From Chiloscyllium plagiosum (lineage: Eukaryota): a stretch of 64,000 nucleotides of DNA. A program made the translations under genes and the position numbers. The notes below the pieces were generated by a model that worked only from the letters and a program-made list of their open reading frames with translations, had not been told where the DNA came from and did no database searches. Location: the NCBI RefSeq assembly GCF_004010195.1, contig NC_057750.1, positions 20,124,783 to 20,188,782 on the forward strand, read 5' to 3'. Every line of letters starts with the position of its first letter. The first letter of the stretch is position 1. Shown in pieces: positions 35,001-47,000 of this stretch.

Positions 35001-38000
35001 AGCCCCTTCTTGAGGATCTTACACAGCAACTGGAGAAGGCCCTATAGCCCCTTCTGGAGTCCATCATTCTATTTAGTTATATCATGGCTGATCTACTGCT
35101 CAGTCCAAACTATTCCTTTTGATCCTGCTGTTCACAATCAATATCAGTGGATCTGGGGGTCAATTTTAATATCTCCAAGTTTGAAGATGATACAAAACCA
35201 GATAGGAATGACAGTTGAGGGGATAAAAAGAGACTTCAAGTGATTTTGGTTGGTTGCACGGGCAAGAGCATGTCAGACAGAATATAATGTGGAAAAGATG
35301 CAAAGTTGTCCAATTTGGTAGGATTGGAGGTGTGTGGTATTTCTTAAGAAAATAGATTTGATTAGATTCCCTCCAGTACGGAAACAGGCCTTTTGGCCCA
35401 ACAAGTCCACACCACCCCTCCGAAGAGTAACCCACCCAGACGCATTCCCCTACACTATATTTACCCCTGACGAATGTACTTAACACTATGGGGCAATTTA
35501 GCACGGCCAATCCACCCGAACCTGCACATCTTTGGACTGTGGGAAGAAACCAGAGCACCTGGAGAAAACCCATGCAGACACGGGGAGAATGTGCAAACTC
35601 CACACAGTCGCCCAAGGCAGGTATCGAACCCAGATCCCTGACGCTGTGAGGCAGTGCTAACCACTGAGCCACCCTGCTGCCCTAATAGTGAGAGATTGGA
35701 ACAAGTGTTGATATAATCTTGTTCACATGTCTCTGAAAGCTGACATGAGGGTGCCACCAAGAAATTCAGAAAATAAACCGTACATTAGTATTTACCCCAA
35801 GAAGATCTTAAGCACAGGAGAAAAGACAACTTCCTTCAATAGTATGGAACACTAAGGGACAGCATCTGGGATACTATTTGCAGTTCTAATTCCCTCCCCA
35901 CTCAAGGATATACTTGCCATACAGGGAGCGAAGTTTCACCAAACTGATTCCTAGGATGGTGCAACGAGGAGAGATTGAGGACTTGACCCATATTCTTTGA
36001 AATTTAGAACAGATAGAGTCAATCTTAGAAACTTAACAGCATTTTTAAAGAGAGAGATATATTAGATGCAGAAGGGATGCTTCCCACAGTGAGTTCTAGA
36101 ACATGGGCAGTCTTGGAAAATGAGATAGATCTTTTAGGATTGAGATGAGGAGAAAACTTTCCATTCAGAAGTGGCAAATCTTTGGAAATCTCTATCCCAG
36201 AAGACGATGCAAGGTCAACCATTAAGTGAAAGACTTAAGTGAAAGTCCAAAGATGGAGGCCAACAGATTGAATGCGAATGTTGAGGAGGATAACATGGAA
36301 ACATAGCGTTCAGATGGATGATCAGCCATGATCAAGAATGGCGGAGCTGGCTCAATGAACTGAAGAGCTCATTGCTCAAATATCCTCAAGTTGCATTCTG
36401 TTTCACTTAATACCGTTTATCAGCTTCTAAAATTTCCCCTTGGGAATTACTGAACCTTGAAAAACCATGTTTTTGTGACCTCCCCAGATGAGTGATAGTG
36501 CTTGCCTTCCTAAATACAGCACTTCCCAACAATGAAGCAGGCCTCGGTACTGAGCAAAGTGCAGTTGGTCGGCATTTAGGGCAGAAGTCTTCAAAAGCTC
36601 AAATATTACAGTTGGGGGCAGCATGCTTGTTTCCCCTCTTTCCCATCCATCAATCCATGCTAATGGATTGAACCAGAGGGGTACTAATATCCTGGGTGGG
36701 AAATTTGCTAGAGCTATTCGGGTGGGTTTAAACTAGCTCAGTCGTGGGATGGGAACCTGTGTTGTATTCCAGTACACTGGAGGATGAGTGTAGGGAGGAC
36801 ATGGACAGGATTTCACAGTCACAGGAGTGTGCTGGCAGACAGTAAGCTGGTTTGAAGTGTATATATTTCAATGCCAGCAGTATCCGGAATAAGGTAGGCG
36901 AGCTTCCAGCATGGATAGGCACCTGGGACTTTGACGTTGTGGCTATTTCTGAGACATGGATAGAGCAAGGTCGGGAATGGATGTTGCAGGTTCTCTGATC
37001 TTTCATTAAGATCAGGGAAGGTGGTAAAAGAGGGGGAGGTGTGGCTTTGTTAGTCAAGGACAGTATAATGGTGGCTGGAAAAACTTTTGATGAGGACTCG
37101 TCTACTGAGGTGGTATGGGCTGAGGTTAGAAACAGGAGAGGAGAGGTCACACTGCTGGGTGTTTTTTGTAGGCCTCCACAAAGTTCTAGGGATGTAGAGG
37201 AGAGGATTGGCAAATCGACTCTGGGCAAGAGTGAAAGGAACAGGGTGGTCATTATTGGGGACTTAACTTCCCCAACATTGACTGGAAATGCTATAACTCT
37301 AGTACTTTGAATGGATCAGACTGGATAAACTGCAGAATTGGACCGACAGGTGGCAAATGGAGTTCAACGCAGATAAATGTGAGGTGATTCACTTTGGAAA
37401 GAATAACAGGAAGGCAGAATACTGCGTCAATGGAAAGATTCTTGGTTGTGCAGATGTGCAGAGGGATGTACATAGATCCCTGAAAGTTGCCACCCAGGTT
37501 GATAGTTGCCACCCAGGTGGATAGTGCTGTTAAGGCAGCATACGGTGTGTTAGGTTTTATTGGTAGGGGGACTGAGTTCTGGAGCAGTGAAGTCATGCTG
37601 CAACTATACAAAACACTAGTACTGTGTACCGTTCTGGTCGCTGCATTATGGGAAGGATGTGGAGACATTGGAAAAGGTGCAGAGGAGATTTACAAGGATG
37701 TTGCCTGGTCTGGAGGGAAGGTCTTATGAGAAAAGGCCGAGAGACTTGGGTCTGTTCTCATTGGAGAGAAGGCGGCTAAGAGGGGATTTGAAGAGACATA
37801 CAAGATGATCAGAGGATTAGATAGGGTAGACAGTGAGAGTCTTTGTCCTAGGATAATGACATCTGCTTGTATGAGGGGGTCATAGCTGCCAATTGAGGGG
37901 TGATAGATTGAAGTCAGATGTCAGAGGCAAGTTCTTTACTCAGTGGTAAGGCTGTGGAATGCCCTGCCTGCCAATGTAGTCAACTCAGCCACATTAAGGG

Positions 38001-41000
38001 CATTTAAACAGTCCTTGGATAAGCATGGACTGTTTAAATGATAACAGGTTTAGATTAGTTCATAGGTCAGCGCAACATTGAGGGCTGAAGGGCCTGCTCT
38101 GTGCTGTATCATTGTTCTATGTTTAATATGTAAAGTAAATCAGCGTGACAGTTGCTTGTGGTTAATTTCTGATCTCTGCAGCTTCAGAGTACATGCTCAA
38201 TCAGGTTCTTTCCTTTGATACCTTTCTCAAAAGATTCACCAGCCTGATTCTCTCAGAAAGATGACGCACCAGGGCTTAACCCAGGGGCAGGTGGAGGAGC
38301 ATTTCTAAGAGACAGACAACATGGATATTTTACCTGCTCATTGGTCGTCCGTCCCCTCGCGACCAGCACGATGTGGAATCCAGTCAGACCAGCCACAGGA
38401 ATGAAGAACAAGCCTGCCACACACATTACTGCCATACTACATTGGTGGAGTCAAGGGAAAGACAGATAGACAGACCAATGCAGAAAAGCTGCTCAAGAAC
38501 CGACCCTGGGAGTTTCTGTATGTTCTACCCAACATCCAAGAAGTCAAGGACATGATGGATAGGAGGTAGGATATCAATACTTTCACATTTGGTTCCATCT
38601 GGTAAATGGAGAAATGGGACTTGGACATCAAACCCAGTGACATAGGGAATAGCCAGGAGAGGGCAAAGGCTCAGGTCGATCACACCACTTTGAGCACTTC
38701 TGGATGTCAAGCTTAGGGCTATACACTGGCCTTGGTGGAAGTGTAGTGGACACTTACCAGAATGTTACCTGGACTTCAAAAGGGGATTATGAGGAAGGAA
38801 TACAGGAACTACAGTTGTATCATTTTGTAGGAGAAACATTGAAGGAAAGAGTAGGCCATTCAGCACTTAGAGTCTGCTCTGCAATTCAGTACGATCATAG
38901 CCTATTATCCAACTTATATCTATGAACCATATCTATTTCCTTCTCAAAAACATTCAGTGTTTTGGACTCAACGGCTTATTGTGGTATAGAGTTGCACAGG
39001 CTCACCATTCCCTGGGTGAAGAAATTTCTTTTCTCAGTCCTAAATGCCTACTCCACATTCTAAAACTGTGATTCCTGGTTCTGGGAACATCTTTATAGAG
39101 TCATAGAGATGTACAGCACAGAAGCAGACCCTTTGGTCCAACTCGTCCATGCTAACCAGATATCCTATCCTAATCTAGTCTCACTTGCCAGCACTTGGCC
39201 CATACCCCTCCAAACCCTTCCTATCCATATACCCATCCAGATGCCTTCTTATTCAACATGGAAGAGTGAGAGAGAATGAGTGTGAGAAGATCCTTCCTCT
39301 GTTTATTTGGTCTCTGCCAATTTAAATTTTATGGGATTTCATAATATCCCCCTCATTCTTCTAACATCCAGTGTACAGTCTTAACTGATTCAGTCTGTCT
39401 TCATACATCAGTCCTACCACCACAGGAATCAGTCTGGTAAACCTTTGTTTCCATGCTGTAGGACTCAAACTACACTCATTGTGCCAGGTGTACTCTCAGC
39501 AAGGTCCTGCACAATTGTAACAAGAAATCCCTCCTCGTCCATTTGAATCCTCTCGCTAGGAAGGTCTCTTGCTATGAAAGCCAACATACTATTTGCCTTC
39601 TCCACTGCCTGCTGTATCTGCGTGCTTACTTGCAGTGGCTCCCTGCTATAGGAAAGATGTTGTGAAACTTGAAAAGGCTCAGACAAGATTTACAAGGATG
39701 TTGCCAGGGTTAGAGGGTTTGAGCTATAGGGAGAGGCTGAATAGGTTGGGGCTATTTTCCCTGGAGTGTTGGAGGCTGAGGAGCAGCATATAGAGGTTTA
39801 TAAAATCATGAGGGGCATGGATAGGGTGAACAGACAAGGTATTTTCCCTGGGTGGGTGAATCCAAAATTGGCAGGCATAGGTTTAATGAGAGAGGTAAAG
39901 AGACCCAAGGAGCAACATTTTCACACAGAGGGTAGTGTGTGCATAGAACGAGCTGCCAGAGGATGTGGTGGAGTTGAGTACAATTACAACATTTAAAAGG
40001 CATCAGGATGGGTATATGAATTGGAAGGGTTTAGAGGGATATGGGCCATATGCTGGCAAATGGGTCTAGATTAATTTAGGATATCTTGTCAGCATGCAGA
40101 AGTTGGGCAGAAGGGTCTGTTTCTGCACTGGATATCCAAAGTTGATAACATTTATCCACATTAATATGTCACCTGCCAGGCATCTGACCACAGACTCAAC
40201 TTATCCAAATCTCTGCAGCCTCCTCACAAATCACTAGCTTTGGGTCATCTGCAAATTTGGGAGATATTCCATTTAGGTCTCTCCTCTATAATCAATCATA
40301 TATATTGTGAATAGCTGGGGTTCCAGCACTGATCTCTTAAGTACCCCAATAATCATCTCCTGCCACCCGGTAAAAGATCCAATAACTCCTTCTGTTTCCT
40401 GTCTGCCAATCAATTCTCTATCCATGTCAGTACACGAGCCCCAATCTAGTGTTCTTGAATTTCGCATGCAAATCTATGTGGGCCTTGCCAAAAGCCTACT
40501 GAAAGTCCAAGTAAACCACATCCACTGGCTCCCATTTATCAATTCTACTAGTTCCAGCCTCGAAAAATCCCACTAGATTTGTCAAATATGCTATGCCTTC
40601 TGTAAATTCTTTTGATGTGGAGGTGCCAGTGTTAGACTGGGGTGGACAAAAAGTTAAAAATCACACAACACCAGGTTATGGTCCAACAGGTTTATTTGAA
40701 ACTATCTGACGAAGGTGCAGCACTCAAAGCTTGAACTTTCAAATAAACCTGTTGGACTATAACTTGGTGTTGTGAGATAGCTACCTTTTAGAATGGATTC
40801 CAGCATTTTCCCTATTACAGAAAGCAGGCTAACCAGCCTATAATTGGGTTTTCTCTCTATGCCCTTTTGAAATAGTAGGGTTACATTAGCTATTCCTCAG
40901 TCCATAGGAACTATTCAAAAATCTACAGTATCTTGAAAGGTAACCATCAATTAATCCACTAAAGCTTTTCTTGGGCTACTTCCTTAAGTACATAAAAGGA

Positions 41001-44000
41001 TCAGGGATGATTAATCAAAGTTTTCAAGACAGTGAGGGAAACAGATAATGTAGTAAGAGAAAACATTTCTGCTCTGGTTGTGCAGCCTACAAACAAGCGG
41101 CAGAACCTAAAAATTCAAGCCAGAGGTTTCAGGTATGAAACGAGGAAGCACGTTGACATACAAAAGAAATATTTGCTTGAAATTCTCTCTGGTTATTTTA
41201 AATATGAGATTGATAATACATTTATATAACAAAATCGACAAGATATGGGACAAAGCCCCAAAGACCTTTGAGCTCGATCACCTATCAAACATGACCCTAA
41301 TCAAAGGCAGGACAGACTCAAGGAGCTGAAAGCCCTTCCCCTGTCTGATAGGCAATGAAGGCTAAAAGACTGACACTTCACTCTCAGGCACCTCAACCCC
41401 AGGCAGAGTTGTGGATAGGCGGCTTTTCTCATCAACAATGGAACAGGCCACTGGGACTGCACAGAAGTGAGAGTACACAGGAGAGAACGGCACTATGGCA
41501 TAGTGGTTAGCACTGCTGCCTCACAGCGCCAGAGACCCAGGTTCAATTCCCGCCTCATGCAACTGTCTGTGTGGAGTTTGCACATTCTCCCCGTGTCTGT
41601 ATGGGTTTCCTCCGGGTGCTCCGGTTTCCTCTCAGTCCAAAAACGCGCAGGTAAGGTGAATAGGCCATGCTAAATTGCCCGTAGTGTTAGGTGAAGGGGT
41701 AAATGTAGGGGAATGGGTCTGGGTGGGTTGCTCCTCGGAGGGTCAGTGTGGACTTGTTGGGCCGAAGGGCCTGTTTCCACACCGTAAGTAATCTAATCTG
41801 AAGAGACTGCTTTTAAACAGGACATTGCACATGCCTGCTGCTAGGTGGAGCCAGCATGCTCAACATTTTGCATTCAATTTTAAATTCAAGGTGCAACCTG
41901 CACAGGGACTAAGTGTGACCTGGAAATCTCTGGCTCTTCTAAACCTAGTTTAAAAACTGTTACAAACCCACATTTCACTAAAATAAGTGCTGCAGTAACG
42001 TGAAGTTATAATGCTTAGATATTCAGATTAAGCTACCAGAATTCTCAAACCCCGATTTGATTTGTACAAGTCTCAAATTTACTGGACAGCACACCAATGT
42101 TGCTGCTATGCAGGCCAAACTGACCGCCCTCACACAGAGGTCTGGGAAGGGGAACCAGTCCAAATACATCAACAACAAATACTGTCAAACACTCACTTAA
42201 GTCACCGTACATATCCAGCACCTTTACAACAGACAGGCAATGAGAAGTAACTCTCAGCATAGTGCCTTCCTGCATATACTGTAAACCTGTCCCAAAGCAC
42301 TGGAACAAACACAGCAAGGATACGTGACAGCAGTGTGCACATCAGACAATTTATTCACATGGTTGAGCACATAAAGGAGACCAAAGCCGAAGACCCCGAT
42401 GATATGGGTGGTAAGTGAGAGGAGAAACAGGAAGAAGTAACGGTAGTTCCTTCGCCCAATGCAATTGTTCACCCATGGGCAATGATGGTCAAACTCCTGG
42501 GTTGGAGAAAGAGTGGGGATAGAGAAAGAAAAAACAAACTAGAATTAAAATCTCACACAAGTCAATTAATCACTTGCTTGACTCAACAACCCAAATAATT
42601 AACTCCACATCAAACCCGTCAACACAATGGGCTGAACAAAGTCCATCATTTTAAGAGAACCACAAAAAGCGATGATACATCACTGAACACATTTTCCATT
42701 CCCACAGTGCAAAAGCATTCATCTTTGACCTGGCGAATGGATGAGGGGGCTACCAATGTGCATTCAAAGAAATACAGATTTAAAGAAATATTAATAGGTT
42801 TTTTGCCTCAAGCAGTAACACAGTTCCATACAGAGATCACTATCTGGCCTGGGAGTTGGGTAAGGTACATATCCAATTTGATACCCAGAGTTTGGGAATG
42901 GGAAGGTGACATGAGATAGAGTAAATTGATATCCTGTCTGCATATTGGCAACATAAATATGTGTCTATGTGAGTTTATGCTCCAGGTTAGATTTAGGACT
43001 GGCACGAAGAGGAGGGTTAAAACTAACAGAAATTGCTGTAGAAACTCAGCAGATCTGGCTGCATTTATCGACAGAGTCAACGTTTCAGGTCCAGTGCACC
43101 TTTTTCCGAACACTATGTGAAATGCTGACTCTGCTTTCTCTTCACAGATGCTGCCAGACCAGCTGAGTTTTGATAGCAATTTCTTTTCTTTCAGATATCT
43201 AACATTACCACAGTTGTTTGTTGAGGGCTAAAACAAGACAGGCAAGCCACTTGTACCTCCACGCAGTTGTCACAGACGCTGCAGTGCGAACACCGGGGTG
43301 GGCGGTAGAACCGGCAAGTTGAGCACCATTTCATCCGGACTTGGATGCCTTTGATCTCCACATTCTTATAAAGTGGAGCCCGAAAATCATCATCTTTATC
43401 TTCATCTTCATCAGCTGACAAGAGGAGATGGACAGAACGCAGAGTGCCAGAAAAGAGTGAGAGAGGAGGGGTAGACAGACAGACAGGAGAGCGAGCGAGA
43501 GCGTGAGAGAGTGCGCGAGAGCGAGAGTGCGCGAGAGCGAGAGCGAGTGCGCGAGAGCGAGTGCGCGAGAGCGAGTGCGCGCGAGAGCGAGAGTGCGCGA
43601 GAGCGAGAGCGAGTGCGCGAGAGCGAGAGCGAAGTGCGCGAGAGCGAGAGCGAGTGCGCGAGAGCGAGAGCGAGTGCGCGAGCGAGAGAGAATGCGAGAG
43701 AAAGAGAGAGAAGAGAAAAAGTTCATATGAAAACTGGCAAAGTCAAACTGGGAAACAAGTGAAACAATCCTCAGTGCTTGAAGCCAATTGGTCACCACCA
43801 TAATTTCCTCACTTCACTGACCCACGGTTTCCTTTTCTCCTCCTCAGCTGAACAATTTATAATTTTATTATTTGACAAGGTGATCGGAATAATCCAGCCT
43901 GGCCTTGCCAGTACTTAGGTGCCATTCTTATTTCTACCCTTCTTCCCATCCTTATTTCATTTCATTCTATCCACTGAGAAATTCAGAGGGAGATAGGACC

Positions 44001-47000
44001 TCTCAATTATTTTGCATATATCACTAAACCTCAACAGAGAACCCATGAACTCTGGTAATAAGGTGCATGCAAATGTGTAGGCAGTGTTTTCGGCCTGCCA
44101 ACTTGAACTCTCATTTTCCAAAGAGTGCAGTTGCTTGAATTGTTAACAGTCCGAGGTGGAATTGGGGATTTCATCAGATAAGTGACATGCACTCAAACCT
44201 CAAATGATTCTGTCCACATCTCTATTATTTCCTTCCCCACATGGCTCATACTGCCAAAATGAGGTCTTAATTGGAAGCTGGTTTTCAGGATCTTGCTGTC
44301 CACAAATTGATTGCTGTATTTCCTTACGTGACATGAAGGTTGACCCAATTTATAGATAAGTATCTTGTGTGTCCAGTGAGGGGGGGGGTCATTTTCTGAT
44401 GATGCACATCTCAGTCAATACTTTGATCATCCAAACTCAAGGGAATACAAAGTCTTGTTTGTGCAAATGGTCTTAATAAACCACATCTGTCACATTTCCA
44501 ATTGATGCTCCCTGTGGTTCAAGGCTCTTTGCCAGGAATACAATGCTGAACAATTGTCCCTCAACTCTACCATTAGTTTCCTATCATCCAAGTTAACTTC
44601 AATGCATGCTTTTGTATTTCGGTGAGCACATAAGAACAGGTGGTGACTCATTCAATACCATCTCCAGCCTGTCCCACAGAAACAGAAGATCTGTTGAGCC
44701 TGTTGAATCTGATTGGTTATTTGTTTAGATAATGGTATTGTGGAGCCGAGCTCTGTCCACCTGTCTCAATCCAATAACTTTCATAATTCTTACCTCACAA
44801 AAATCTATCCATCTCACAGTTACAGGGTTTCCAAATGACTAAATCTTACTGCACTACTCAGAACAAATTGTTTCTAACATCATCTCTCAAAGGCTGGCTC
44901 TCATTTTAGAATTCTCCTCTTGTTCTTCCAAATACAGGCCCAGTCAAACCAATCCCTCCTGACATGAGAGTCCTGCCATCTCCAGTATCAGCCCCTAATG
45001 AACTTCTGCCCCACTCCCTCCTTGGTAAGTCTATCCTTTTCCAGACAGAAAACTGCTGCAACACTCCGGGTGTGGTCTCACTGAGGCCTTGCGTAACTGC
45101 AGTGAGACATGCCTACTTTGGAATTCCAATCTTCTCACAATGAAAGCAGATCAACAAGTTGCCTTCCAAACTGCTTGCTGCGCCTACTTGTCTACTGTCA
45201 TTTACTGCTGTTTAAGGACCTTTGTACATCCAGTTTCCCAATATCTCATCATTTAAATTATACTCTGCTTTTCATATCAAATATACAGACTACCATTTAG
45301 CCACTTTGTACAGCATTTGCTATGTGCTTACCTATTCACTCAACTTATCTAAATAACCTTCAAGTCTCCTCACATCCGTGTCTAAACTACAATCCTCCCC
45401 AGTTTCATATTATCAACAAACTAGAAGTGTTGCTTTTGGTTCTTTCATCCAGGTCATTTCCATTTATGAATAGCTGGGGCTCAAGCAGGTACCCAATTAG
45501 AGAAAGACCCATTTATAAAGAACACAAGAACTAGCAGCAGAAAGTTAAAAATCACAACGCCAGGTTATGGTCCAACAGATTTAATTGGAAGCACTAGCTT
45601 TCAGAGCACTGCTCCTTCATCTGGTGGATGTGCAACCACCTGACGGAGTAGCGCTCCGAAAGCTAGTGCTTCCAATTAAACCTGTTGGACCATAATCTGG
45701 TGTTGTGTGATTTTTAACTTTGTACGCGCCAGTCCAACACCAGCACCTCCAAATCATAGCAGCAGAAAATAATTCAGCCCCACAGGTTTGCTCCACCATT
45801 TGATTTAAACCATGGCTAATCTCAACTTCGCCTCAACTCCACTTTCCTGTCCACTCTCTATAACACTTTCAACCCATTACCACATATAAATCTATTTCCT
45901 TCTTCAATTTACTCAATGCCTCTGCATCCACTGCAGTCTGGAGCAGTGAATTCCACAGATAAACTTGAAAGAAATAATTTCTCATCTCTCCTTTAAATCT
46001 ACTCTCTCTTAACCTAAATCGATGACCTCTTACTCTAGATTGCCACACAAGGAAACATCCCTTCTGCTGTCAATCGTCTTTAGCATGTGTCAGATCTCCC
46101 CAGCTTCCTTGAAACTCCAGAAAGTATAGGCCTAAACTGCTCAATCTCTTTTCATAAGACAAACCTTCCATCTCTGGAATCAACCTCGTGAACCATCTCT
46201 GAACTGCCTCCAAAGCAACTGCATCCCTCCTCAAGTAAGGGGAACAGATCTGTACACAATACTCCAGATGCAGTCTTATAAATTTGCAGCGACACCCCTC
46301 TACTTTTCTATTCTATTCCTTCAGCAATAAATGCCAACATTCCATTTGCTTTCCTTATTACCGGCACAGCAGTTTTGTGTGGTTCGGATAATCGAGGTTT
46401 CTCCGTATTTAGATTCAGAACCCGAGTTTTGGATTTGACCACTTTAATGAAGAATATTATTGAAACATAGAAGAGCAGGGGGCTGCCATTCAGCCCTTCG
46501 AACCTGCTGCGCTGTTCATCACGATCATAGCTGATTGTCCAGTCCAATAGCTTAATCTTGCTCCTCCACATGACCTCTGACACCATTCACCCCTATATCT
46601 AGGTGCCTCTTCAATACATTCAATGTTTTGGCATCAACTACTTCCTGTAATGAATCCCACAGGCTCACCACTCTTTGGGTGAAGAAATGCCTCATCTCCA
46701 TCCTAAATAGTCTACCTGAATCCTTAGGCTGTGACCCTGGTTCTGGACACACCAACCATTGTAAACATCCTCCCTACATCTACCCTGTCTCGTCCTGTGT
46801 GAATTGCATAAGTCTCTATGAGATTCCCCCCCGCTCCAACCCACTTGTCTGAATTCCAGCAGAAACTATCCTAACCTAGTCAATGTCTCCTCATACGTCA
46901 GTCCCAGCATTCCCGGAGTCAGCCTGGGAAACCCTCACTGCACTCCCTCGAGAAAGGTTGTGGTCCTTCCTCAGAAAAGGAGACCACAACTGCACACAAC

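Larger units (their letters stand above)
38437..42323 (-). other. U12-type (minor spliceosome) GT-AG intron of ZDHHC5
   Basis: 5' site GTATCCTTGC; branch-like TTTCCCTTGAC ending about 13 nt before the exon; no polypyrimidine tract between branch site and AG. Confidence 0.85.

Noticed and set aside
38320..38333. ATATCCAT near a ZDHHC5 donor as an AT-AC U12 site
   Set aside because: Mismatch to ATATCCTT; the canonical GT donor gives the correct frame into exon 34512.
41490..41570. tRNA gene
   Set aside because: A/B boxes belong to a SINE head that continues into the SINE core; no full cloverleaf.
43331..43803. ORFs rich in RARE/SLSL repeats
   Set aside because: Translation artefacts of the microsatellite.
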